NCBI GenBank assembly: GCA_043228905.1
Contig: JBHGNT010000014.1
Coordinates: forward strand, 19,344,001-19,408,000
Origin: Azolla caroliniana
Taxonomy: Eukaryota; Plantae; Polypodiophyta
Reading direction: 5' to 3'
DNA: 64,000 bases
Part shown: piece after piece, positions 20,032 through 33,700 of the stretch
How positions within the stretch are numbered: position 1 is the stretch's first letter
Layout: the number at the start of each line of letters is the position of its first letter
Notes under the pieces: generated by a model
The model's input: the letters and a program-made list of their open reading frames with translations, nothing else
What the model was told of the DNA's origin: nothing
Database searches by the model: none
Made by a program: the position numbers and the translations under genes

Positions 20032-22950
20032 TCACATGTCCGTTGGTCCTCCCGGACCCTTACCGGCCTCATTCTCTCCGGTTCCCGGCTTGCCGTCTCT
20101 GCCATCTTGGTGGTTGTTGTCGGTCCTTTGCTCAAACGGGTTCTTAGGCATCGGTCCTCTATATGCCTTTAACCGGAATCCGTTGACCCATTTGCCCAGC
20201 ACTTCGCCGGCAAGTGTCCCCAACTAGTAGGACCCATTATACTCCTGTGTTAGCCAATATGGTCTGGTCTATCTAAACCTTAGTTTACCCGGCATCTTGC
20301 CCATCCGGGTTTGGAATACTAACACTAGTTTGCCGATTGCGAACATTTTTTCGTTACCTTTCCTGTGCCGGTCGACGAATGCTTTCCGTCGCCGTTGCTC
20401 CAATTCTAAATGTAGGATGCTAGCCAACCGTTGTTCCTCCAGCTCACACAACGTTGTCAACCTTATTGTCTCCGACTCCTTCTCGTTCAGCCGTTCTCGT
20501 AGCTGGATCCGTAAGCCAGGTACTTGAAATTCTACCGGCATGACCGCCTCGAGTCCGAACGCCAACCGGAACAGTGTTGTTCGGATGCTCGTTTTGTATG
20601 TCGTCCGGTATGCCCAAAGCGCGCTATGTAGCTTTGTGTCCCAATCCGTCCGGTTCTCGTTGACGATCTTCCGAAGGATGTTCTGGAGCGTCTTGTTTGT
20701 TGATTCCGCTAATCCGTTCGCCTGTGGATAGTAAGGTGTGCTTCGTTTGTGGACCACGGCATAGAAGGTCGTTAGGCTTTCCACTACTTGTCCGAGAAAG
20801 TGCCCCCCTTGGTCACTTATCAATTCAATGGGGCATCCATAATGGCACCAGATGTACTCATATAGAAACTTTACCGTTGACGCAGCGGTGTTATCCCGTA
20901 AAGCTTTGGCCTCCACCCATTTCGTGCAGTAATCCGTAGCAACGATAACGTACCGATTACCCGTTCTCATTGACGGTGGCTTGAACGGTCCTACAAAGTC
21001 CAGCCCCCACTTTTGGAATGGCTCGAGTGGTAGTACCGGCTGGTGTGGCATACGAGCCTGCTCCGTTGGCTGGCCCATTCTCTGGCATAGGTCACATTCT
21101 TTTGCGTACCGTACCGCATCTCTTAATGTCGTTGGCCACCATAGGCCACTTTGCCATATTTTTCTGGCTGTCGCATCTCCGGCATAGTGACCTCCGGCAA
21201 CTCCGCAGTGGGCTTCCCTCAGTATCAGTTCCTTTTCATCGCTGCGCACCGCCCGTCTCCATATGTCGTCAGCGCCCTTGTGGTACAGTGTGTCTTGCAG
21301 TAAGCAGAAATGTCGGCTTTGTACCGCCAGGCGTTTCCGTTCGTCCCGGTTCAGCTCTTCCGGAGGCAGTCCTGTGCTCAGAAACTGGTGCATATTTGTG
21401 AGCCACTTGTCTTCCTGGGCCACTGTCTCATCTGCTGCCGTCTCCGTAGTGACTCGAAACAGCTCCGCATCCGGAAACTCATCCGGTACTCCGTCACCCG
21501 TCTCTCCGGACTCCAATCGGCTTAAGTAATCCGCTACGGCATGCTGTATACCGGGTCGGTGGAATATTTCAAACTCGAACTCCTGTAACAATAAGGTCCA
21601 CCGGGCCAATTTGCCGATCAGTGACGCCTTGGACACCAGGTAAAGGAGTGCTGAATGATCTACATGGAAGGAAAACTTCCTTCCCAATAAATAGTGCCGA
21701 AACTTTGTCACACTGTAGATCATTCCTAGAGCTTCCCGTTCCGTAGTAGAGTAGTTCTGTTCTGCTTGGGATAGCTTCCAGCTGGCATAGTACACTGGCC
21801 GGTACCACTTTGGTTCCGTAAGCTGCATCAGTACGCTTCCGATTGCGATGTCGGAGGCGTCCACGAACACGTGAAATTCTTTACTCCAATCTGGAGGTTG
21901 TACTATCGGTGCCTGCGACAATAGTACCTTGAGGGCCTTATACGCCCTATCCTCAGTATCGGTCCACTGGAATGGTGTCCGATGTACGGCGGCATGCAAC
22001 GGTGTAGCCAGGTCGGCCAAGTATCGGAGTATCCGGCTGTGCCACCGGATCTGGCCTAAGAATCGGCCTAATGCCTTTGCCGTTGCTGGCGCCGGTGCTT
22101 CTAATATAGCTTTCACTTTGTCCGGGTCGACTGCAATACCTTCCTGGCTCACGATATGTCCTAATAAAGTTCCACTAGACACGCCAAATACACACTTTGC
22201 CGGATTCAAGCTTAGCCGGTACGTTCTACACTTTTCTAGACAAAGACGGAGGTGCTGAAAATGGTCCTCCTCCCGGCTATAGACGGCGAAATCGTCAAGG
22301 AAAACCTGCATAAAAGCCGGTATATATTCACCAAAGATTTCCATGATGATTCGTTGAAACGTTGCCGGTGCCGTTTTGAGTCCGAACATCATCACCACGG
22401 CCACAAACACCCCCCATTCGGTGACGAATGTCGTTTTCTCTTGGTCGTCGGGGTGCATCCGGATCTGATTATACCCGCTGAATCCGTCTAGGAAGCTATA
22501 GACCTCGTGGCCGGCGACGGCATCCAACACTCCATCTGTGAACGGAAGTGGAAACGCATCCGTTACCGTAGCCGCATTGAGTTTCCGGTAGTCCACGCAA
22601 ACTCGAATTTTTCCGTTCTTCTTCGGTACGACTACGATCGGGCTCAGCCATGTCGCTTTCTTTACCGGACGGATAAAGCCAACTCTTAGCAGTTTGTCGA
22701 TTTCTTCCTTGACCTTGGCAGCATAATTGGGATTCATCCGGTACCGTCTTTGTGCCACTGGTTTTGCGTCCTTGCTCAAGTGCACTTGATGCTGGTATAA
22801 ATGAGGGTCGAGTCCTCGCATGTCTTCGTATGACCAGGCGAATACATCGCGAAATTCCGTGAGAAGTGTTATCATTGTCGTTCTGTCTCCGGATTTCATC
22901 TCCTTGGCGATGTGCACCGGTTTTGCTTCGTCCGTGGTGCCTAAATTCAC
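20032..22950 (-). CDS. pol: Gypsy F pol (RT, RNase H, integrase); premature stop at 20269 before the GPY tail
   Basis: RVCVDYRKLN, LDGFSGYNQI, VFLDDF, FVDAS, NYSTTEREAL, HHCC (H..GGH..CDLC), WGLDFVGP, SDQG, QANGLAE. The tail VNGFRLKAY is in 20032..20223. Confidence 0.95.
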
Positions 22951-23104
22951 CTCTTCCAGTTGCGATGCTTTTACGCGCTATGAAACGGCCATTTCCCGTT
23001 CCAACGCTTCCTGCGCTTGCCGTAACTCCCGGATTGCGTCTTTATCCGGTTCTGCTTCCGCCTCTTCCGGTTGCAGTAAATACGGTGCTACGGCTTCGGC
23101 AATG

Positions 23105-25412
23105 TCAATTTCGAAGAGGGGTATGATCTTCGGGTTTTCCTACAGGTATTGAGCTTCTTCTTCGTCCGCTAACCCTTCGAGCATGTTGACGCATTCCGCA
23201 TACAACGGTGTACATTCCTTGCCAGTGCTCGTATTTGGCTGTGTTGGTACCCGTACCTTGGCTTTTCCTCGCCGGAAGGTAATTATATTTTTCCGCCAAT
23301 TCTATTTGATATGTGCCGTTTTCAACCATGGCCGCCCCAGCAATAACGGGTATGTGCCTTGTGCCTGTAATTGTAGCACTACGGCCGAGATGTGAAATGT
23401 ATGCCCGTCGACGGTGACTTCTAATTTCCGTATTAATCCTGTCGGCCGCACTGAGCTTGTATCGGCCATCCGCAACCAGAACGGACACGGCTCCCACTCG
23501 TGGATTCCTAGGTCATCACACGTCCGAAGGCTTATTACATTTACCCCAGAGCCTCCATCTATAACTGTGCCGGGGAGTTCTTTCCCTTTTACAATGGCAA
23601 TGATTACCGGACTGCTGGTGTCTACCACTGTTGGTCCCTCCTCCGGATTCGAGAAGAGTACCAGTGCCGGTGATGGTTCTCCTGCCGTCATGGTCGTCTT
23701 CAGTCCTTCCATGAATCTAGGCACGAGTTGTAGGAGTCTTCCTAGTGGTAACATAATCTGGCATTCTTGCAACGCCTGCCATGTCTCGTTCTCGGAGTGA
23801 CTACCGCCGGCAAGCCCTGCGGTGTTCTCCTTTTACTGTTGTAAGTCTGTGACATTCTGCTCGTTTGCTTTCTTTACCCATTCCGTTGCTTGTTTGCGGA
23901 TGGTCTCCTGTGTCTCCCATTCTTTGGCCATGCCCTTCGACCTTGTGGTCACCTGCTGCAGGTCTGCCACCTCAGGGACTACCATATTTACCGCATGTCT
24001 TTTTTCATAGCTCTTCACCGGGCATTGGTTACTATAATGGCCTTCCTGTCGGCAGTAGTAGCAGTAGGCTTTCCGGGCATTGCCAGATTCGGCCTTGTCT
24101 GTTGTACCCGGGGCAGGTCCTACGGTACGCGCGGGGTTTTGTACCGGTTGGTTACTTGGAGTGCCTTGTTCCGGATCCCGGGGATAGCTGCCTTTTTTAA
24201 AATGCCGTTTTTTGTTAAAGCTCTTCTTATTACGGTACTCTTGACGGGGTTGCCCGTTATATCTGCCGTATTCCTCCCGTTGCTGACGATACCCGGGGGA
24301 GTGCTCCCGGTCGTACTGTTCGTATCGTCTATTGTAATCCTGGTACCGATCATGCCGGTCATAGTTATCTCGCCGACCCTAAACCGTATCGGACATCATT
24401 TTCCCGTCGCTCGCCATACCGGACATCCTCTGCCGGTCGGTCACGGTCCATTCGCCGCCAGCGTTCGTCTTCTTCATCCCGGCTGCTGCGTGGCTCAATT
24501 TGTCGGACGGGCGGTGCTTGCCGAGTCAACAGATTATACTCGCACCTATCCGTCGTATGGCTCTTGGATTGACCGATTACACATTGCGTCCTCATAGTGC
24601 ATTCTAGAGCCGAGTGTCCGGAATTCAAGCAGGTTGTGCACTGTATTGCTTGCCGAAACCGGAGGTCTTCATCGGACAGTAACGCCCGTTGAAGTGCGCC
24701 CAGTGTGAGCCAGGAGCTTGTCCTTTCCATCTCTTTCACCCGGTCAATGACCTGGTCGATGGTACTTGTGCGGAAATCGATTACCGTGCAAACCGTGCGT
24801 AGGGGTTCCCGGAGCGCGTTTAGGAATATCGTCCGTAATTCCTCCTCCGGGGGTGCACGGGCAAGCTGACTATGCATCCGTTGAAACCGGATGACAAATT
24901 GGGGAATGCTCTCCCCTGCCTCTTTCCGGATGGTATAAAATAAGCCTACCATTACGGTCTGGTCCACCTCCTTTTGAAAAAAATGCATGAATTTAGCTTT
25001 TAAATCGGCAAAGGTGTTGATGGTAGACGGGTCCTGCGTCCGGCGCCATCTTGTTGCCGGTCCCTCCAATGTGACGCCAAACTCTGCTATCTTAGAGCGT
25101 TCTTCTTCTTCCGGTGTCAGTCGCTGGGACACATGGTTGGCTTCCCATGTCTGTTCAAAGGCGTGCACATGAGCTTCCCATGTCAGTCGCTGGATCATCT
25201 CTATACTTGGAGTACTGGAACGGCATGTCGTCGTCCGGGTGCGATGTTTGTTGTAACCAGAGGGAGTCCTCCGCTACTCTCCGGATTACGTTGGAAAACG
25301 AGCGATCCGCTCTAATTTCCTGCGCCGCTTGCTGGAAAGCCTCGCGTCTCCTTTGCCTTTCGGCAAGGCGTCGAGTTCGATCTGTAACCAAGTCGTGCGT
25401 TGATCTAGACAT
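23105..25412 (-). pseudogene. gag: Gypsy F gag and protease, frameshifted
   Basis: Retrotransposon gag core (LEGPATRW...FADLKAKF...ESIPQFVIRF). Two zinc knuckles, CTTCLNSGHSALEC and CVIGQSKSHTTDRC. Protease VIDGGSGVNVI...LLLGRPWL. Split over several ORFs. Confidence 0.88.
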
Positions 25413-25448
25413 CCATCCGTGCCGTCGTTCGCTGCAAAAACAGGAATC

Positions 25449-25458
25449 GTGGTCGCCA
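25449..25458 (-). promoter_or_regulatory. PBS of Gypsy F, probably tRNA-Arg
   Basis: TTTTTGGCGACCAC follows the 5' LTR and gives 10-nt complementarity to a tRNA-Arg(UCG)-type 3' end ...GTGGTCGCCA. Confidence 0.6.
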
Positions 25459-25898
25459 AAAACTGTGTTAACTCTTCGGGCCGAACAATGGCCTAACACA
25501 AGGTGTCTACGGGAGACACTTCACCAAAGGGTGTTACGGCAACCGGATTAGACTTCAACGCTTAATCCGACTTAATCAAGTTACTTATTAGGATCGTCTT
25601 CATAACACGCGTAAGATATAACAATTAAGACAGAACGGCAATTAACACAGAGAGATAACAACGCTTAAGCTTTCATTAATTAACCGCTAACTATTACATT
25701 GTATCCGGGCCTTTAAATAGGTTTCCGGTCTGTATTACAAAACGGTGCCATCCGCACCTGTTCGGGATCGGTCCGGATCTGGAACGGCATACCGATTCCG
25801 GTCCGTCCGTCCACAGTCATAGCTTAATTACAACCACATTCCTACTACTTAATTAGCTCTCCGTTTCCCACTCTGGACTCCTTTGCCGGCCGGTAACA

Positions 25899-26718
25899 GA
25901 TCGCCTTGAAGAAATGCATTCTTCATGTCCATTTGGTGAAGATGCCACTCCCTTGCCACAACAACCGCCAGCACCACACGAACTGTCGCCATCTTCGCTA
26001 CCGGAGCAAAGGTCTCGTCATAGTCGATTCTGTGGGTCTGCGCGTATCCCTTCGCCACTAACCGGGCCTTGTACCGGTTAACTGAACCGTCGGCGTTGTA
26101 CTTTACCTTGTACACCCACTTGCATCTGATTGGTTTATATTGTCGGGGAGGGTCAACTAGGTCCCATGTCTCGTTGGCATCCAGTGCCCGCATCTCTTCC
26201 TCCATAGCGACATGCCAATGTGCGTCCTTTGCCTCTTGTGCGTAGCTCTCTGGCTCACGCACTTCCGCCACCTTGGTCATGTACGCATAGTGATGCGGCA
26301 TGTACTCATTGTACCCGTACCGCTTAATAGGTTCCTTCTGGCGGTTTGACCAGCGTAGCCCACCGTTACCCAGTTTGAGGTCCTTCTTGGCCAGTTCGGT
26401 CTTCGGTGCCGAAGAACTGTCATTTTCTTTTCCGGAGTCGGATGCGCTCTGATCTGACTCATCATTACCGGTTTCATAATCCAGCATCTTCTTCTTCCCC
26501 TTCTCTTTCCGCGTGAACCGTCTTCTCGGTTCCTTGCACGGGGAGAGCACGGCAGAGTCTTCACTACTCGCCGGTTCCTCTTCTGACTAGTCGGATGGAC
26601 CCAGTCTCTCGTTCGGCCCACTCAACCGAAACGATTCCGAACTCTCTTCTTGAGTCCCGGATTCATCATATTCTATCTGGACCGGTTCAGGCTCAGTAGC
26701 CTCATCCTCCGGAACATC
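25899..26718 (-). pseudogene. Copia E integrase-RT linker and RT N-terminal half
   Basis: EPESY..A...W..AMEEEM.AL..NETWDLV, KWVYKVK, KARLVAKGY, LHQMDMKNAFLQGD. Joins LEEEVFMTQP across the F insertion. Confidence 0.92.
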
Positions 26719-28340
26719 GTACATCGTATGTGTTCAGTGAACACTTTTATACAAGTCCATCCGGATTGACAGAAGTACGGTGTACTTCAATGCTCACACA
26801 AGCGTCTGACACTAACTACGAGATATTAACTCCCTAGTAGACTAGCTACTACTTGGCTTCCGGTTACTGCTTGATCCAGCTAACCAGCTCCCCAACTCAC
26901 CAGCTCACCGATCCGGCTCATCCTTCTGGATGCCGATCCGGATCTGGTTGAGCTTGCCGCTCAACAATCCCTAATCATAAGAAAAAGTAGTTCTTCGCCT
27001 ATAGTACGTGCATAGGACGGTGTCTACTACTTTAAAAGCTGGTCAATAAGACCCCAATTAAAAATAGGTGGGCATCACACAACGTACATGACTCCTTACA
27101 CAGGTTTTGGGAGAAATTAGGGATTACTAATCTCTCCCAAAAAACAAAGTCATTTTTCTGGTTGATTAGCTATTGTGCTCTTCCAACCAGGGAACGGAGC
27201 AACAAATGTGGACTCAACCCAACTTGCCGCTTGTGTGGTGAAGTGACTGAATCATCTCAGCACTGCTTGTGGTCTTGCGTACACGCATAAGAAATATGGA
27301 AGCGAAGTTTACGGATACTAGCTCGCAAGGAAGGTTATGGATAGGTCTCATGGGCGGCAGCCCAATGGGTCACGATGGACTAGGAATCATGGTTTCCCTA
27401 GTTCAATGAATCAGGCCCCTTTATGCAACTAGAGCGGGGAACTATTAGGGGGACGGATTCTCCATCCTGGTCACAAACAAAGGCAACAAAGCTAAAGTAA
27501 TTGTTGATTACACTTGTTAGTCTAACAATGTGGCGGATATGGAAGCACCGTTGCCGCAAGATCTTCCAAGGGAATCATATCCCACGAACAAAGGTAATCA
27601 TGTAACTTTGGGATCACCTCATCCCCTTCCTTCATGGGTCATATGAAGATATTCAAAGCGAAATAGACTCGACATTCAGGGCACATGCAACCTTCATTTT
27701 GAGTTGGTGTGAAACGTCGATGTTGCAATTGTAGGGCGGCAATATACAGTGGTGTTATCTCCCACCGAAATGACTCTTCCCACCAAGGACTCCCCCCATG
27801 CGACATCCCCCTACCGTCCCTGGGTTGTAGAAGGTTCACTTTAGGTTTCATGTTTTTAGAGTTAATCAAAGCCACAAAGCTCTATATGAGGCCTGGCTCT
27901 TGTACATATGATACCTCCTATATTTCTATCTAACTAATGGGCAACAATTTTTTTTTGGAAAAAAGAGAGAGCAAAGAACATAGAAGGCAACCATATGCAT
28001 GAAGCAAAAGAATTCAAAATGCAAGCAAGTGATGAACTATGGGACTACATATACCTCAAATTTGAAAATCATGTTTTTGGAATTATGGAGGATATCCATG
28101 GGATTAGGAATTAGAACTAAGTTATGGAGCGCAAGGTATTAATGTTATATTTTCAACTAAATCTTGGGAGCATTATGCAAAACACATACCTAAGATAGAT
28201 GGCTACCTTGAGTGTCCTCACTTGTACCTAATACCGTGTGGGTCAAGTCTTGTGGGAATAGTGGTGATGGTGGACAAGAGTCATTCACCCATGTGGCATG
28301 GAATTTAATTGGAATTATAGCATGCTATGAAGTATCCTAC

Positions 28341-28786
28341 CACTTTGTTGTTCCTTTTGAAAAAGAAGCCAAACATAGTACCCAAATGAGCAACTAGTTT
28401 GTTGTTTCTTTTAAAAAGAGGCCAATATTTGGAAATGGGTGTTTCTCGTGAATAATAGGCTAAGGTTTGGAAAGGGGATCCATCTACTTTCTCAGTTCAC
28501 CTAAAAGAATGGAATATTTAGAAAGGGGATCCATTTCCACTTGTTTAATTGGAGTTGTAATAAACGATCAAGTGTGTTACTACACTACTTTGCTGTTTCT
28601 TTTGAAATAGATGCCGAACATACTATCGAAATGAGGAACTACTTCGTTGTTTCTTCTAAAAAAGAGGGCAATGTTTGGAAACAGATGTCTCCTTTGAAAA
28701 AAAGGCTAATGTTTGAAAAGGGGATCCATCTATTACCTAAGTTCACCTAAAAAGTTCACCTAGAAAGGGAATCCGTTTCCGCTTGT
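28341..28786. repeat. Diverged ~240-bp direct duplication
   Basis: CTTTG.TGTT.CTTTTGAAA...AAAGGGGATCCATCTA...GTTCACCTAAAA...TAGAAAGGG.ATCC.TTTCC.CTTGT occurs at 28341-28543 and 28583-28786. Confidence 0.8.
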
Positions 28787-28837
28787 CGCATATTGAAACT
28801 TGTTGGAGAGGGAATTGTCACCTCCCGTAGGTATGAA

Positions 28838-28841
28838 AGAG

Positions 28842-28915
<74 letters not shown>
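28838..28915. repeat. Compound (GA)n(GT)n microsatellite
   Basis: Directly visible. Confidence 0.98.
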
Positions 28916-28916
<1 letters not shown>

Positions 28917-30169
28917 TTTTATTTTCTCTCTATCATTGGTTACATTGATGATTGAATTGAGGATCAAGTGCAAATAATATGCGACTTAAAAGTAATAGCT
29001 AATTGATGACCAACTGAAATACTAATAGTTAATAATTGCTTAAAAATACTCTAACAAATCGATTAGTGTTTACAAGTTTGGATCTAAATTTACCAATTTT
29101 AAAACATAAAAATAGATCTTAGTCATTTAGATCTCAATTGAAAAAGGAGTAAAAGTAGTTAATGTTATGACATGTTATGAAGGCACTTGGTTCACAACTT
29201 CTAGTGGTATTGCTCTCAATGGAATGAAATGGCGAATTTCTCCATTGCTTTTACTTTAATGAGCATAACAGGCTGGCTACATGAGAACTTAGAAGAGTTC
29301 ATTTTCATGAGGTCCCCAAAGAAGATATTGTACATACGGCTCATGGTTTAAATGGTGAATTCACTTTTAACCTTTTCGTTAAATATATGATGTTGGATGG
29401 CACCGTGAGAGAGAGGCATTCAATTATATTATGGTCCTTGGTCATTATGACTTGTGGTTTTATCGTTGAAGATGATCATCTCTCCTTTATTGGTTTCAAC
29501 GATGTTTGTTCGATATTGGTGATTGGTCTTCAAAACCTTTTGAATTGATATTTTTCAAGTGTTTAAGGTTCTGACACTAAATTTATTGTTGACTTCCGAA
29601 CAAAAGTTCTTTTGTAAGAAATTCTTCACTAAGAGTTTGGGGTTGGTAAAGGTCTTGTCAATAGGATGTAACCCATGCATGCATTTGGGATTCATAATGC
29701 CATAAATTATAGTAGTGAAATATTTAAACATCATGTGCATGTAATCGTTATCTTTCAAGTAAATATTTCACACATTTGTTTGGCATTGAAGACAACACAC
29801 CTACTCTAAATGTGTAGTTCTAACCCATCTTACTATTTGAAGGATGCATGTGAGTTAAAACATGGAGTGGTCTTTTATTCTCAGATTTTACATCAAAATA
29901 CTTCTTTTCAATCTTTCTCTTTTAGAAAGTATTCATGTGGATATGATTTAAGGAATATATTTATAAAACATGTTGAGTTCAAAAGGGTCCTACTTTGTTA
30001 GCCACATGAAAGTAGGTATAATGGAGGGGGATATCACAATAATAATGAGAGAAGATCAATTCAGGAGGAAAAACTACAAGATTAAATGAGTATTACCAAG
30101 GATTGATGTTTAAAGCCCACCTTCATTATCTAAGCTAAGGATTGATGTTTAAAAACTTCGGTATCCCCT

Positions 30170-30725
30170 CGGTTCCAAGAGATTTGGATGTTGATCGCAG
30201 GCTTCACCCTTTGGTATTTGTGGATAGCATGTTGCCTAAAGGTCTTCCAAGATTTGGTACACCCCCCCCCTAAAGAGGAAATGATCATGGACATTTGGTT
30301 CATGATTATCAGTTGCCTACAAGGGCAGTTGGACGAGGTTTGCAGACACTACGACGATGTGGTCACTGTCCGCTTATGTTTTTGGTAGAAATGGAGGAAC
30401 ACATTGATGTTGACGCAAGGAGGAAATGGCCCGAGATGGAACTACTAACCCCCACACTAGTTGTTTCCTACTCACCTTCCACCCTCCCTCTGTTGAATGT
30501 TAGAGGATCATGCTCGTGTTGGCTGGATATGATTGCCACTAGTTTATAGCTCTAGATACCTACTTACATTAAGTAGTCAGTTTGAAAGAATATGTACGTA
30601 CCTCATATTCTTGAACTCGATCGGAGGGTGATTCCCCGATTTATGTATAAACCACCTTGTATAGTCTTTATGTAATATTCTCTCCTAACTAATGGGATAG
30701 TAGTGCCTTTTTGGAAAAAATAAAC
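30170..30725 (+). mobile_element. 5'-truncated LINE 3' stub
   Basis: WMLIAGFTLWYLWIACCLKVF..PP......IW..IISCLQGQLD parallels the ORF2 C-terminus of the LINE at 43719-44204 (WMLLAPIFIWNIWTTRCTRVF..PP..IW..LITTLRAQYE). A-rich end at ~30715-30725. Confidence 0.7.
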
Positions 30726-33700
30726 TTTTGTTTTGGTAAATATGAAAATGAAATTGTTCTAAGCATTATTGTTTAGGTACATGGGAAAATGTTTGTCATT
30801 GTTTTACTAGGGCTATGTTGAGACCACATGACATAGATTGATATTGTGTCTTCTTATATGAGGGGTTCTTTTTATACTACACCTAAAACATAAATATTAG
30901 TTATATGATCCATAGGGAAACAAGTTTCATTACCTAACGAGGCAAGGCAAGGGAATGAACTACAACAAAGACTCAAGATGACTAAATCCATGAACATTAA
31001 CATCACTCACCAAACCTTGAAGCAAGGGGAAACTTTTCAAAACCGCACATCGTTTGTTAAATGAGTATGCCCTTGAACATAATCGTCCTTCCTCTAAGTT
31101 TGTAATGAGTATAATGATCCAAAAGTCTTTCTATGGGATTATTCTTAGACATATGGAATTAGTTCTTCCCATTTGAGTAGAAGTGGCAATATTGAAATCA
31201 CACGAATATATTGTTTCTTGCCTTATCATGTCTAACTTTGTAACAAGGATTTATAGGTATAGGGAAACACCGTGCATGGGAATATTCCATGAAATTCATG
31301 GTACTAACATTCTATAACATATGAAACCTTCTGGTGGCATATTGCCCTCATCACATCATGTGTACCAATACTAAATAATGCAATCTATGATTGTGAATGA
31401 ATGGATGTCAATAAAAAAGATAGGACAATTTACACATGTGCTCAATACTCAAATTTGCAAAGATTGTAATATACTAAGAGCTTGACAAATCAAAGACATG
31501 AATGCAAAGTGGCACCATGTGCTCATCCATCCCAATGTGACTAGACCTATGTAGACCCACTAAATTTGGGCCATAAGGGTGGCTTCTTTTCCTAACCCAT
31601 TTTTTATTGTTGATCTTACCGTCAATCTCTTTCATCCAAAACATTTTTACTAGTTGTATTTCTACCCATTCCTTTTGATATATATTTTGTACAAATTTCT
31701 CAATACCACTATCTTAATTCTTAATTCACATTGTCTCACCCATCTCTTGGTCAAGAACCTTTGTTGTTCCACCCAACCACGCTACAGTCCACAACGAGAA
31801 GAAATTGGCATACCCATTGGTTTAACATGGGAAACCCACCGTAACCTTTATTGTGGATATTGTTTATGTCGGAAAGTTGAAGTTTAAAGTCCCATTTAAC
31901 AATTTTTATGCACATTCAAGATTAACACTCTCAACATTTGACTTTGCATATGTTTGTGTGTATTTTGATCTATCAACCAAAATAGTGAAAATGGAGCTAG
32001 AACCTCAAGAATGGTTGCATACATTTTGTAATGATGTGTCGCACATGCAAAAGTCATTGATTAGGGAAGAAAAAACAAGTGAAAAGGTGTGAAAGAAATT
32101 CACTATCTCTTAAGGAATGTCTATTTCTATGTCTCAAAATTTGATCCAACCAGTTGTCGGAGGTACGAACAAGCAAATGGAGCCCTTCCTTATCATGTAC
32201 TTTGGACTTGTTCCCCATACAAAGCTTTTCTCAACACATGCATTGTTGTCTATGATTCCCAAGAAAAAAACTTAGTGTTATTGGGAGTTCTCGTCACATG
32301 AATTCCAAAGAATCGAATGAATGTTTCCATGGAATTTTTTATGCAATTCGTCATCATTCAGCTCACCATTGTATACACCCCCCCACCCCCCCAAAAAAAA
32401 AAATAATAATAATAATAACCCACCCAATCCAATAGAACATATTATAATTTTGCTTGGCTACGTACTTATATTCAACATACAACCTTTAACTCATCCAATG
32501 TGAACCTTTAGTGCTACTTATCATTTCAAAGTTTTCTCTATATCTAAATCTTACAAAAACATTGACTAAAATTCCTTGTCTCACATGTTTCAATAGGTTT
32601 GGTAAAAAATAAATCAATTTGATATCTTGAATTGTATTTTTGCATGTTTATAAGTCACAAATCAACATTATTTATACACATGCAATGAACATTGTTCATC
32701 CTCCAAACTAGCATGAATAAAAAATTGATGCTAGTTTTGAATGACCTTTGTAAATAAGATAGGAAGAATGATGAATTGACTAACAAAGGTCAAGTGGTGA
32801 ATCTGAATGCTAAAGCACTTGGTGTTTTCGAAAAAGCTAGACATGGACTAGTGATCAAAACAACCTTCATGGGTTGCTTAAAGGCGGGAAACATGTGGTC
32901 TAGAAAAATATTTTAATCTAAAGCTCGAGACAATTTGGTACAACCATACAAGTAGCTTCGAGCCTTGATAGTTCTAGTGGTTGTCCACATGGCTAACATT
33001 GTAGTATAGTTAGTCGTATTTATTTGTAGATATATAGGGCTTTTCTTGCATTTTGTATTTTATCCACCACCTTAGAAGAAATGTTGAATTAGCTATGGAT
33101 CCTCTTATCCATATTCTAGCAAGATATGAAATATTCCATGGGGTGTCTTGAAATAAATTCCTTGCTTTAATGGAAAACTTCTCATTTCTTGTGCAACATA
33201 AAGTAAAAAGGAAAACTAATCATAGGTAGTTATTGGTCTTGAAACGTGACACACACACACACACACGATGACATGAATATGAAATTTAGGTTGCTTTGTT
33301 TTATGTTTATATGATGTCATTGTTTGCATTTAGTCTCTAGAGGATGGTTTGAGCATAATCATATAGAATTTTACATATTTATGGAGATAAAAACAAACGC
33401 ACGTGCGATTGCACAGACACATACATATTCAGCACAAAGCTTCCCCCCCCCCTCCTCTCTCTCTCTCTCTCAAAGTGTTTGTCGGTTGTACATCTTCCAC
33501 TTACAACACTAGCCGTGCAAGCTAGGCTAGAATATTGTTTATGCTCCCCTATACATGACGATTGTGAACCAAGAACCATAGGGCTCAATCACATGGAACA
33601 TAAGGAATTGTAAGTTGCATCTGCATAGACCATCTAACCTTTAAAATGAACAATAAGATGTACTAGGCAAGTTAAGATATATTCATATCGTATTTGTACG

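Larger units (their letters stand above)
16431..25898 (-). mobile_element. Full-length non-chromovirus (Athila/Tat-like) Ty3/Gypsy retrotransposon F with 3' extra ORF
   Basis: 433-bp LTRs at 16431-16863 and 25466-25898 (about 13 mismatches by eye). TSD GATCG at 16426-16430 and 25899-25903. Domain order gag-PR-RT-RH-IN. PBS TGGCGACCAC. Confidence 0.96.
15452..26966 (-). mobile_element. Doubly deleted Ty1/Copia element E (RT remnant between partial LTRs), interrupted by Gypsy F
   Basis: TSD ATCCC at 15447-15451 and 26967-26971, TG...CA ends. An 80-bp LTR block is shared at 15587-15666 and 26719-26798. RT motifs occur on both sides of F. Confidence 0.9.

Noticed and set aside
6438-25551. Numerous overlapping 60-290 aa ORFs, including antisense ORFs
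   Set aside because: Shadow frames of GC-rich retroelement sequence or LTR/microsatellite read-through, with no recognisable domains.
25849-25898. C-terminus LPAGKGVQSGKRRAN of the Copia RT ORF
   Set aside because: Read-through into the inserted Gypsy LTR, not a real fusion.
26972-27900. Possible coding remnant (continuing 15196-15446)
   Set aside because: Moderately GC-rich, but no frame gave a motif I recognise.
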